A stretch of DNA of 64,000 nucleotides from Terriglobia bacterium (GCA_963723765.1 CAVRSD010000001.1:3258-67257), one strand, 5' to 3'. Shown: positions 1-8,666, numbered from the stretch's first letter. Notes: a model not told the origin generated them from the sequence alone. Translations and numbers: made by a program.

Positions 1-734
1 TCGATACTTTCAAGGCCGGCAATCCCGACACCCCGGTAACCGGCATCGCCGTGACCATGATGGCCACGCTCGACGTTCTTCAGCGCGCCGCCGCCTCGGG
101 CAATAACTTGATCATCACCCACGAGCCGACTTTCTTCGATCACAGGGACGTTTCCACGCAATTGCCAATGAAAGAAAACGATCCCGTACTCGTGGCCAAG
201 CGCGAGTTCATCGAAAAGCATCATCTGGTGATCTGGCGATTTCACGATCACTGGCACGCTCGTAATCCCGATGGGATAGAAGCAGGCATGGTCAACGCCC
301 TGGGATGGCAGAAATTCGAGGATCCGCAAAATCAATATCTGTTCACTCTTCCAGACATCACTCTGGAAAAATTAGTTGCCGAGATCAAAAACAAACTCGG
401 GATTCACGTCATGCGCGTGGTGGGAGACCCGAATCTGCACATCACCAAACTCGCCATGGCTCCCGGTGCGTCTGGATTCACCCATCATGCGGAAGCTCTG
501 GAGATGCCTGGCGTGCAGGCTCTCGTCATCGGCGAAACTCAGGAGTGGGAAACTGTCGAATACGTCGCAGACGCCATGACCGAAGGCAAACAGAAATCGT
601 TGATCATTCTCGGCCACATCCCCTCCGAGCAGGCAGGCATGGAAGAGTGCGCTCGCTGGCTGAAGACCTTCGTGTCTGAAGTTCCGATAACGTTCATCCC
701 GGCGAAAGAGCCATTCTGGAGTCCGCAGCCGTAG
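1..734 (+). CDS. NIF3-family dinuclear metal centre protein (GTP cyclohydrolase I type 2 homologue); 5' end outside the window
   Basis: The frame is open from nt 3 (DTFKAGNPDTPVTGIAVTMMATLDVL...). NLIITHEPTFF and the C-terminal GHIPSEQAGM resemble NIF3/YbgI proteins. Confidence 0.75.
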   Translation, partial: DTFKAGNPDTPVTGIAVTMMATLDVLQRAAASGNNLIITHEPTFFDHRDVSTQLPMKENDPVLVAKREFIEKHHLVIWRFHDHWHARNPDGIEAGMVNALGWQKFEDPQNQYLFTLPDITLEKLVAEIKNKLGIHVMRVVGDPNLHITKLAMAPGASGFTHHAEALEMPGVQALVIGETQEWETVEYVADAMTEGKQKSLIILGHIPSEQAGMEECARWLKTFVSEVPITFIPAKEPFWSPQP

Positions 735-804
735 AGCGAACACTCCTGTCCGCTGTTTCGATCTCCGGCTTTGGCTTGGTCGCGATTTTGTTGGGCTTCG
801 GTTC

Positions 805-1483
805 GTATCAGGGCACGTCTTCAGACGTGCCGAAAAGTGCCCATGAAAGCACGCGGCTTCAGCCGCCGGGTTTACTGGATGAAAACAACCATCCACCATG
901 TTCATCTGTCACAGCCTTTCTCAACCATCTGATAGAAAATGTCGCGATGGCTATCCCCCTACGCCGATCCGATCCAGGGGCGATTGTTGCCGAGCAGCGT
1001 ACGTTCTTCGTTACTTCATCCATCGCCGAAAAGCGCAATCTCCTGCAATCCGATCGTACGGCAAAATTGTTCATCGAAGTCCTCTATCACTACCGCAACG
1101 AGCACAAATATCTCCTGCATGACTTCGTAGTTATGCCGGATCACTTTCACGTTCTGTTTACGGTCCAACGCGAGATGAGCGTAGAGCGCGCTGTCCAGTT
1201 CATCAAAGGTGGTTTTGCATTTCGCGCGGGGCGGGAGCTGGGTTTCAAAGCGCCCTTTTGGCAAAGAGGATTCTCCGAGGTACGGATTCACGATGCGAAG
1301 TCGCTCGGGCAGGTAACACAGTACATCTTTCAGAATCCGGTAAAACGCGGTTTGGCAGGGAGTCCGCCGGAATATCTTTACTCGTCCGCCCACTGCAAAT
1401 TTGAATTGGACGAACCGCCCCAGGGGCTAAAGCCCGTGATCAGTGAGCATCTGATCGGCACGTCTGAAGACGTGCCCTGATAC
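805..1483. mobile_element. REPtron-like unit: RayT gene bracketed by exact inverted REP hairpins
   Basis: 805-831 GTATCAGGGCACGTCTTCAGACGTGCC and 1457-1483 GGCACGTCTGAAGACGTGCCCTGATAC are exact reverse complements (27/27). Each carries an 8-bp hairpin. Confidence 0.75.
947..1480 (+). CDS. REP-associated tyrosine transposase (RayT / IS200-like Y1 HUH transposase)
   Basis: HUH motif in VVMPDHFHVLF and a Tyr region QYIFQNPVKRGL. ATG at 947 (MAIPLRR...); the upstream part of the 776 ORF is REP sequence. Confidence 0.8.
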   Translation: MAIPLRRSDPGAIVAEQRTFFVTSSIAEKRNLLQSDRTAKLFIEVLYHYRNEHKYLLHDFVVMPDHFHVLFTVQREMSVERAVQFIKGGFAFRAGRELGFKAPFWQRGFSEVRIHDAKSLGQVTQYIFQNPVKRGLAGSPPEYLYSSAHCKFELDEPPQGLKPVISEHLIGTSEDVP

Positions 1484-1585
1484 AATCCGCGTGGGTCGGA
1501 CATCCCTATCCCACAAGGTCTGCATGAATGTGGCGCGGGCCCCCCTCTGCATCCTCGACCCCTCATGTGGCATCATGTATAGCCT

Positions 1586-1861
1586 ATGCCTAAGATCCAC
1601 ATCCCAACGCCCTTGCGGCAATATACCGGCAAACAGGCAGCCGTCGACGTCAAGTCGGGCACCATTGCTGACTCCCTCAACGACCTCGTCAGCCAGCATC
1701 CCGACTTGCGCCGCCACCTCTATACCGACGAGGGCAAACTACGTGCCTTCGTCAACGTTTACCTGAACGACGAAGACGTCCGCTACATGCAGAAGGAAGC
1801 GACCCCGGTGAAGGACAGTGATACTATTTCCATAGTGCCTTCGATCGCGGGAGGCAGGTAA
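1586..1861 (+). CDS. CysO/MoaD/ThiS-family ubiquitin-like sulfur carrier protein, C-terminus ...AGG-R
   Basis: 91 aa. IPTPLRQYTGKQ...FVNVYLNDEDVRY...ISIVPSIAGGR closely resembles actinobacterial CysO. It lies directly upstream of an E1-like gene. Confidence 0.8.
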   Translation: MPKIHIPTPLRQYTGKQAAVDVKSGTIADSLNDLVSQHPDLRRHLYTDEGKLRAFVNVYLNDEDVRYMQKEATPVKDSDTISIVPSIAGGR

Positions 1862-1864
1862 TTT

Positions 1865-1990
1865 GAGATTTCAGATTGCAGAATGAAAATCGTCGGCAAA
1901 TCGCGCCCAGTATGCTGTTGTAGCCCATCCTGTCCGTAGTCCGTGTATCGTCCGGACAATCTTCAATCTAAAATCATAAATCTGAAATTC
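1865..1990. repeat. MITE-like inverted-repeat element (GATTTCAGATTGCAGA family)
   Basis: GAGATTTCAGATTGCAGAATG at 1865-1885 is opposed by CAATCTTCAATCTAAAATCATAAATCTGAAATTC at 1957-1990. A related copy lies at 51356-51434. Confidence 0.6.
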
Positions 1991-2001
1991 TTGAGGTTCC
2001 C

Positions 2002-3175
2002 ATGGCCACCACAACCGAAATCAAACCCGAAGCCGTCACCCTGAGCAACGAAGAAATCCTGCGCTACTCGCGCCACCTGATCATGCCCGAGGTCGGCATG
2101 GAAGGTCAGTTGAAGATCAAGGCCGCGAAAGTTCTCTGCATCGGCGCCGGCGGACTCGGCTCCCCGCTGGCGCTTTATCTCGGGGCGGCGGGCGTGGGCA
2201 CACTCGGCATCGTGGACTTCGACGTCGTGGACTACACCAATCTCCAGCGCCAGATCATCCACTCCACCGCCGACGTGGGCCGCAAGAAGCTCGACTCCGC
2301 CGCCGACAAGCTGATGGCGATCAATCCGTTCCTCAACATCCGCAAATTCGATACTCGTCTTTCCAGCGACAACGCCATCGAACTTTTCAAAGAATTCGAC
2401 ATCATCGCCGACGGCACCGACAATTTCCCCACCCGCTATCTGGTCAACGACGCCTGCGTCATCACCGGCAAGCCCAATGTTTACGGCTCGATTTTCCGTT
2501 TTGAAGGCCAGGCCAGCATTTTCGCCACCAAAGACGGCCCTTGCTACCGTTGCCTGTATCCCGAGCCACCACCGCCGGGACTCGTTCCCTCCTGCGCCGA
2601 AGGCGGAGTGCTCGGCATCCTGCCCGGTTTAGTGGGCGTGATCCAGGCCACCGAAGTCATCAAGCTGATTCTCGGCATCGGCGATCCGCTCATCGGACGC
2701 CTGCTCCTGATCGACGCGCTAGGCATGAGTTTCCGCCAACTCAAGCTGCGCAAGAATCCCGATTGCCCGGTTTGCGGCAAGAATCCCACCATCACCGAGC
2801 TGATAGACTACGAACAATTTTGCGGAATTCGTGGCGAGGAGGCCCCGGTGGAAGACGGTCGGCGGAGAAATGCAGGTCGAAGAACTCAAGCGCCGTCTCG
2901 ACGCCGGCGATGACATCTACGTGCTCGACGTACGGGAGCCGCACGAGTACCAGATCGCCAACATTGGCGGCCATCTCATTCCGCTGGGCGATCTGCCCAA
3001 CCGCGTCAACGAACTCGACACCAGCCGCGAAATCGTCGCCCACTGCAAGATGGGAGGACGCAGCGCCAAAGCCGTCACTTTCCTGCGCCAGGCCGGATTC
3101 AAGAAAGTTCACAATCTGGCCGGCGGCATCACCGCCTGGGCCGAGCGAGTGGATCCCAAGATGCCGAAATATTAA
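2002..3175 (+). pseudogene. moeZ: MoeZ/MoeB-type adenylyltransferase-sulfurtransferase (ThiF/E1 domain plus rhodanese domain), split by an apparent 1-nt insertion
   Basis: The E1 domain (GAGGLGS, CxxC pairs) is in frame 1 to about 2840-2870. The rhodanese domain (VLDVREPHEY...AHCKMGGRS) is in frame 2 to 3175. 1174 nt minus 1 gives 391 codons, the usual MoeZ length. The frame-1 tail is Arg-rich nonsense. Confidence 0.75.
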
Positions 3176-3278
3176 TCAGTGGGATGGTATCAGGGGTTTG
3201 ATTCGTATCAGGCAAGGACTTTCCAGCCCGTGCCGTCAAGCGCCCGCATCTCTCCGAAACCCGCCTTAATATATGGCG

Positions 3279-3307
3279 TTGACAGTATTAGGCACCCCCG
3301 TTAAAAT
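3279..3307 (+). promoter_or_regulatory. Sigma70-like promoter TTGACA-17-TAAAAT
   Basis: TTGACA at 3279-3284, a 17-nt spacer, TAAAAT at 3302-3307, and an AT-rich stretch upstream. The next start codon is about 235 nt downstream (3544). Confidence 0.4.
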
Positions 3308-3543
3308 TTCCGGCAAGATCTGATCCTCCCCTGTATTGTGATCCTGTACTCAACCTTGATCTGGAAGAGACATAAAGGGCAGCCCGTGGCGTGCAACTTT
3401 TGGGTTTACCGTGGGTTCTGTTTTACAGCCGCGATGGAGTAACGAGTCAACGTTCCCATCCCCAGGCACGTCGGTACGAGGTTATAGGTAATTCCGCTCT
3501 CAATATCTAATTACACAAGATTTTGGACATTCAGGAGGCCGCG

Positions 3544-5262
3544 ATGAACATCAGAAAAAATAGTGGAAAGATGCAGTGGAAGCCGATTGTGCTTCTGCTT
3601 TCGACGATGGCGTGGGCGAGCCTTGCCGCAGCCGATCAACATAAACCAAGCGCTCCCGCTCCCAGTCATCCGGCCCCAGCCGCTCACGCGGCTCCGCAGC
3701 AACATGCTGCTCCTCAGCAGCATGGAGGCGGCAACGCCCCCTCGAGGCCTGCGACCAACTCCAGACCCGGCCCCGGAACCGGAACCAATACGCGGCCAGG
3801 AGGAAATAACAGGCCGGGCACCGCTGGGACCAATCGGCCTGGAACCAATGCCGGGACCAATCGGCCCGGAACCAACAACCGGCCGGGAACCAACGCTGGA
3901 ACCAATCGGCCTGGAACCAACAATCGTCCGGGAACCAACGCTGGAACCAATCGACCCGGTGCCAACAACCGTCCGGGAACCAATGCCGGAGCCAATCGGC
4001 CCGGAGCCAACAACAACGCACGCGGCGGCAATCGCACGCCTCCGGGTAGAAACGTTGCTCTGAAAGGTGGCGGCCACGCCAGTATTCGTCCCAATGGCCA
4101 CATCCGCTCCGTTGACCGGAACGGCATGCACATCGAACGCGGCATCCACGGAGATCGCCGGGTGGTCAGCGAACACAATGGCGCCCGCGTGGTCAGCTAC
4201 GGGCGGCATGGCGGCTACGTACAGCGCGCCTACGTCACTCGCGGCGGTCACTCCTATTATTCGCGCACTTACTACGACCACGGCGTTTACCGCAGCGTGG
4301 CCTATCGTGGCTACTACTACGGCGGCCGCAACTATTACGGCTACTACCCCGGTTACTACTACAATCCTGGGTTCTACGGCTGGGCCTACAATCCCTGGGC
4401 ATCGCCAATTTCCTTCGGCATCGGATTTGGCGGCTGGGGCTGGGGCGGCTCTCCGTGGTACGGCTACTACGGCGGCTATTTCGCACCGTATCCCGTTTAT
4501 CCTTCGGCGGCTTTCTGGCTTACGGACTATCTGATCTCGGCCAATCTGCAGGCGGCTTATGCTGCCCGGCAGGAAGCCCAGGCCGATGCCTCTGCTAACG
4601 CAGGTGGCGACAACGGCGGCGACAATGGTGGCGGTGGCGGCGACGCACCTCAGGGTGCCAGCAACTCCGGCCCGGTGGCTCTCACTCCGGAAGTCAAACA
4701 AGCGATTGCCGAAGAAGTGAAAGCGCAACTCGCAGCGGAGCAGGCCGCAGCCGGTCAACCGGCTGCTCCCGCAGGCGGCGCAGCCCCGGCCGCAGCTAGC
4801 GGCGAGGTGCCTGCCGCACTCGATCCGGCGCGGCGGACGTTCGTGGTTTCGAGCGATCTCACCGTAGTCGGTGGCGATGGCCAGGAATGCGCGTTGACCT
4901 CGGGCGATGTGATCACCCGGCTCACCGATACTCCAGACCAGGACCAGAAGGTGAATGTGAGCGTTTCCGCCAGCAAGAAGTCGGATTGCGCATCCGGCCA
5001 GATGGTTGCGGTCAACGTGGACGACCTGCAGGAGATGCACAACCACTTCCAGGAACAATTGGATAGCGGCATGAAGACGTTGGCTTCCAAACAGGGAACC
5101 GGCGGCATACCGAAATCTCCTGACACCAGCACCAAACCCAGCGACGTAGCGGCTCCGCCACCGGACACCTCGGCTGGCAAGGCCCTACAAGACCAGCAGC
5201 AAGCCGCGGATCAGACCGAGTCGGACGTGACCAAGGAAGCTGCCGGGGGTGGAGGCCAATAA
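3544..5262 (+). CDS. Secreted low-complexity protein: NRPGTN tandem repeats, Tyr/Gly-rich central region, unknown C-terminal domain
   Basis: AGGAGG at 3533-3538 lies 5 nt before the ATG. Signal-like MQWKPIVLLLSTMAWASLAAA. A terminator follows the stop. Confidence 0.7.
   Translation: MNIRKNSGKMQWKPIVLLLSTMAWASLAAADQHKPSAPAPSHPAPAAHAAPQQHAAPQQHGGGNAPSRPATNSRPGPGTGTNTRPGGNNRPGTAGTNRPGTNAGTNRPGTNNRPGTNAGTNRPGTNNRPGTNAGTNRPGANNRPGTNAGANRPGANNNARGGNRTPPGRNVALKGGGHASIRPNGHIRSVDRNGMHIERGIHGDRRVVSEHNGARVVSYGRHGGYVQRAYVTRGGHSYYSRTYYDHGVYRSVAYRGYYYGGRNYYGYYPGYYYNPGFYGWAYNPWASPISFGIGFGGWGWGGSPWYGYYGGYFAPYPVYPSAAFWLTDYLISANLQAAYAARQEAQADASANAGGDNGGDNGGGGGDAPQGASNSGPVALTPEVKQAIAEEVKAQLAAEQAAAGQPAAPAGGAAPAAASGEVPAALDPARRTFVVSSDLTVVGGDGQECALTSGDVITRLTDTPDQDQKVNVSVSASKKSDCASGQMVAVNVDDLQEMHNHFQEQLDSGMKTLASKQGTGGIPKSPDTSTKPSDVAAPPPDTSAGKALQDQQQAADQTESDVTKEAAGGGGQ
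3803..4014 (+). repeat. In-frame tandem repeat of about 48 nt period (GTNRPGTNNRPGTNA units)
   Basis: AATCGGCCNGGAACCAA(C/T)... motifs repeat directly and translate to NRPGTNAGTNRPGTNN about 4-5 times. Confidence 0.8.
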
Positions 5263-5310
5263 GGCAACTCCGCTTCCAGCATCAGAACACTGTCGCGAAT
5301 CGCCAGAAGC

Positions 5311-5349
5311 GGGAGCTCCACTCAGTAATGTGGAGGCTCCCGTTTTTTG
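5311..5349 (+). terminator. Rho-independent terminator
   Basis: GGGAGCTCCAC-loop-GTGGAGGCTCCC followed by GTTTTTT, about 50 nt after the stop at 5262. Confidence 0.8.
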
Positions 5350-5441
5350 GCAGCATAATTTTAGAGATTTTATTCTTCTGATTTTGTAAGATCGTCGCCT
5401 CGGAATAAGCCGGTTACAAAAGCTTAAGGAGAAATGCACCC

Positions 5442-6290
5442 ATGCGGTATAAGTTGGCTAACCCCATCGTCGTCCTCATCGCCGGCATATTCGGTGTCCT
5501 GATCGTCCCAACGCCTGCGACTGCACAGGCAGTTTCGCTGCTGGAGCAGCTACAAGCACAATACAAAGTAGTGAAAATGGGATCGGACACCAGTGGATAT
5601 TCCGTGGTGGAAAAAGGCACTCTCCTGGCCATCCAAAAGGGCGGAATCCTGGGCGTACCCTATGCCGAAAAAACTGTTCTCCCAACTAAGTACGAAGCTG
5701 GGACTGTGCACTCCCCCAGCAGCTTGATGGTAGAGGGAAAAAAGAAGTTGTTTGGACATTTTTCGCAGACCTCCTCCGAGGGGCAAACCACAAAATTGCT
5801 TCCGGTGGGGGATAAGGTGTATCCGACCAAAATTGATGTCAGTGTGGAAAAAGACACGGTAACGATGGGCATCGTTGCCTGCGATACCTGCAACAAAACC
5901 GATCCGCCGACCTACAACAAGGCCAGCGTGGTTTTCCAGTTCCCCAAGGGATCCCTGGCGGCGGCCAGCGCCGGATCGGTCGAAGACACCATCGGTCAGC
6001 TTCTCTCCATTAGCAGTGATGATGCCCAATCAGACCAGGGCGGTCAGAATCAGCAAGGCGGAGACCAGGGTGGGAATCAACAAGGCGGCGGGCAGCAACA
6101 AGGTGGCCAACAACAGCGCAGCAACCGCCTGCCCAGCCCCAGACCATCCAATTAGGACAAACCCCCGACGAGGTCAACGCGGCTCTGGGCCAGCCCGACA
6201 AAATCGTCAACCTCGGCGACCAAACAGATTTACGTCTACAAAGACCTCAAAGTGACATTCTTGAAAGGCAAAGTCTCCGACGTTCAATAA
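5442..6290 (+). pseudogene. Secreted hypothetical protein with a Gln/Gly-rich linker and a small C-terminal beta-type module; reading frame broken twice
   Basis: Signal peptide MRYKLANPIVVLIAGIFGVLIVPTPATAQA. Frame 0 stops at 6155. QQPPAQPQTIQLGQTPDEVNAALGQPDKIVNLGD continues in frame 2 with no start codon of its own. KQIYVYKDLKVTFLKGKVSDVQ* is back in frame 0. Confidence 0.6.
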
Positions 6291-6300
6291 ATCCACTACT

Positions 6301-6365
6301 CTTGTCATTCCGAGCGGAGCAAGTAGCCCATCGCCCTTGTCATTCCGAGCGAAGCGAGGAATCCG
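6301..6365 (+). repeat. Two direct copies of the CTTGTCATTCCGAGCG(A/G)AGC repeat (family C)
   Basis: 6301-6323 and 6336-6365 share CTTGTCATTCCGAGCG. Related inverted pairs lie at 22864-22916, 30759-30850 and 37171-37323. Confidence 0.8.
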
Positions 6366-6409
6366 CTTGCCGAGATCTTCGGTTTTGGGTAAACGAGTTT
6401 TTCGGTTTT

Positions 6410-6438
6410 GGGGTGGCGCAGCGCTTCCTAGCGCTGCG
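6410..6438 (+). repeat. Palindromic repeat GGGGTGG(C/A)GCAGCGCTTCC(T)AGCGCTGC (family H)
   Basis: Hairpin GCAGCGCT/AGCGCTGC. A second copy lies at 35102-35128. Confidence 0.65.
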
Positions 6439-6485
6439 GTAAAGGCCGATTGATTCCGCTCGCGCTTCAGCGCCTCTGTGCTCGC

Positions 6486-6514
6486 GTAGGGGCGGGTGCC
6501 TCACCTGCCCCTAC
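6486..6514. repeat. GTAG-headed palindrome GTAGGGGCGGGTGCCTCACCTGCCCCTAC
   Basis: Near-perfect 13-bp arms, immediately downstream of the 6520 CDS stop. Confidence 0.6.
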
Positions 6515-6519
6515 CCGCG

Positions 6520-6993
6520 CTAATTCTTGACTGTCATAGATTCCGAATCCACTGCTTTCTTTCCCGATACGCCTTCCAGCGCAGCTAAGATCCCCCGATA
6601 TTCGTTTTTGTCACATTGCATCGCTAGACCGCCCTTTTTTTCGCCATCCGCCCAAGTCAGACCAACGAAGTGCTTCTTCGATTTACTCAGAGCCGTAAGG
6701 GCCCCTAGGCCGAGCGTGAAGACTCCGACCGCAACGGCTGTTCCAACTCGTCTGTGAACATCCTGCCCATAGCTCACTTCCGTGATTGATGAAGCAGGAA
6801 TATTCGCAATCTCTGTCTTGTCTCGCACTAACCGGATGTTCGTAGAATCGATATAAAGCTTTAGCCCTGATCCTGATTTCACATCGGTGATGGATCCTCC
6901 GTCATAAATGACTTTGTACCCATTCTCTTTATCGGCGGCAAACATTACAGATGGAACAACGAGACAAAGCAACAATGCAGTGGCGAACCTCAT
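6520..6993 (-). CDS. Hypothetical secreted/membrane-associated protein
   Basis: 157-aa ORF with signal peptide MRFATALLLCLVVPSVMFAAD and one internal hydrophobic segment. No recognisable family. Confidence 0.6.
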   Translation of the reverse strand: MRFATALLLCLVVPSVMFAADKENGYKVIYDGGSITDVKSGSGLKLYIDSTNIRLVRDKTEIANIPASSITEVSYGQDVHRRVGTAVAVGVFTLGLGALTALSKSKKHFVGLTWADGEKKGGLAMQCDKNEYRGILAALEGVSGKKAVDSESMTVKN

Positions 6994-7149
6994 AGGGACG
7001 TGCCTCCTAAACCTTATTTTTGATAGGGGCCCAAGGGGAAGGAAACAACGTTAACACGGAAGAATACGCGCAAGTAAGAAATCGGGAGTCAATGATTACC
7101 TGAGTCACAGGTTACTGCCAGGTTCAGAAAGCTGACAGTTCAACTCGCC

Positions 7150-8548
7150 TCACAACTCCAGATGGAACCGCACCCCCGGCACCCACACCGGGCCACGGTC
7201 TCGGTTATATCCCGGATTATTAATGTGCTGTAAATCCGGCCCGATGAAGAATCCCCGCCAAACGTGCGCATTGTAATAGCTTTCGACAATATTTTCGCGC
7301 CCGTAGTTCAACCCGCCGTCGCCTAGAAGAAATCCCTTCCCGCCCAGCTCCAGATAATGCTGGTGATCGGCACAAATTCCGTTCGAAACAAACACCACCC
7401 CAGCTTTGTCGGCCTTGCGACGCCACGCATCTCCAGCCAGATCGGCTCCCACCGCGACCGTCTCATCCACTTCGGTGTAGGCATAGGACTCATGCTGGCC
7501 CTCGTTCCATCCCCAGCGCGCAAATCCGCGCAAATGGTGCCCGAGTTCCTGCTCCAGGTTCACCCCGAAGCCATACTTCACTGTGGTTTGCAAAGGATGA
7601 GAGGTAATGTCCGGCACTGAAGTCTTCCCTGCCAGAAAATTATCCACCGCCACGCGATACACGCCCATGTTCGCGTGATTCACATACGACAGGAGCCGCA
7701 CCGTGCTCGCATGATTGGCAAAAAGTTTGGGATGCAATCCCAGTTCGAAGTTTTCCGCCCGCGCCCGCCGCAGGTTCCACACCAAATCCGGCCCATTGGC
7801 CACGGTAGGCATCAGTGTCTCGGCAAAGCGAAACTCCCAGTTCCGGTCGTAATACTCAGCCATCGCGCCATAGGTGTATCCGCGGGTGTTGGCGGCATAG
7901 TCATAGGCGCCGTTATTGTCCACGGTCCAGTTCAAGAATTGGGAGTGGCTGTCCGTGCCCACGCTATTTAGATCGAAGAAATCGGCTATGCCGAATTTTC
8001 CCGCCCGCAGTTCCAAACGCCTCAACGGTACCTGGGTCGCCAGCCCAAACGGCCCGCGCTCCGCTTCCACGGAGTCATGGCTTAACGGAATAATTTCCCG
8101 CACCATGACCCGCGCCATGTACGGCCATTTCGAAAGCGTCGGATTGCGCACTGCATCCAGGTCGGTCTCGCCAGCCAATCCCAGGGCATCGCTCAACCCC
8201 CCGCCGCTGGCTTCTTCCAGGTCTAAGAACACTTCCGTGTTTTTGCTCAATTCGTAGCCAAGAAATAACGTCGACACATTGGAGGTTGCATGGTCAGCAT
8301 GCGGCTGCAAACTGTTCGGTCCGCTATAGAGAGCGTGAAACGCGGGATGGTACTGGAAAATAATGTTGTCCTGCCCGGAAATCCAGTACGCGAGACGTTT
8401 CCGAATGGGTAAACATGGTGACCACGGGATCGTCCGCGGCAGGCGCTTTTTCATTCCCATCCGAATCCGTTTGCGCATTCGCCAGCGATGCCAGCCCAGC
8501 GAATGCCAACAGTCCAAGCCCCATCCAGCGAACATAATGGCAAAGCAT
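7150..8548 (-). pseudogene. OprB-like carbohydrate-selective porin, N-terminus displaced by a frameshift
   Basis: The body (YWISGQDNIIFQYHPAFHALYSGPNSL ... C-terminal RFHLEL) is in one frame. The signal peptide (MLCHYVRWMGLGLLAFAGLASLANAQ...MFTHSETSR) is in another, joining near 8386-8394. 1399 nt minus 1 gives 466 codons. Confidence 0.7.
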
Positions 8549-8598
8549 TCTCCGGAGTTCGCTTGTCACAAGCATTAGCATTAGTATATCTGAAATAA

Positions 8599-8612
8599 TT
8601 AACTATAGTTAA
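8599..8612. promoter_or_regulatory. Perfect 14-bp palindrome TTAACTATAGTTAA in the AT-rich porin upstream region (candidate operator)
   Basis: Seen directly; embedded in AATTAACTATAGTTAACTATAATT, 18-50 nt upstream of the possible porin starts. Confidence 0.35.
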
Positions 8613-8640
8613 CTATAATTCTAGAAGCGCCACAAAACGC

Positions 8641-8666
8641 GTAGGGACAGCCGCCCTCGGCTGTCC
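8641..8666 (+). repeat. REP family A copy (GTAGGGACAGCCGCC(C)TCGGCTGTCC)
   Basis: GTAG head plus GGACAGCCG/CGGCTGTCC hairpin, with one extra C in the loop. Confidence 0.85.

Noticed and set aside
3511-5058. 515-aa ORF on the minus strand
   Set aside because: It is antisense to the repetitive secreted-protein gene and has low-complexity Gly/Ser/Arg composition. It has no RBS or signal logic and is a typical GC-rich shadow ORF. The same applies to 29681-30754 (antisense to rpsA), 40250-41533 (rpoC), 42797-43993 and 44609-45502 (rpoB), 51728-52900 (tuf), 21290-22207 (ligA), 14013-14849 (panB) and 58796-61075 (glgP).
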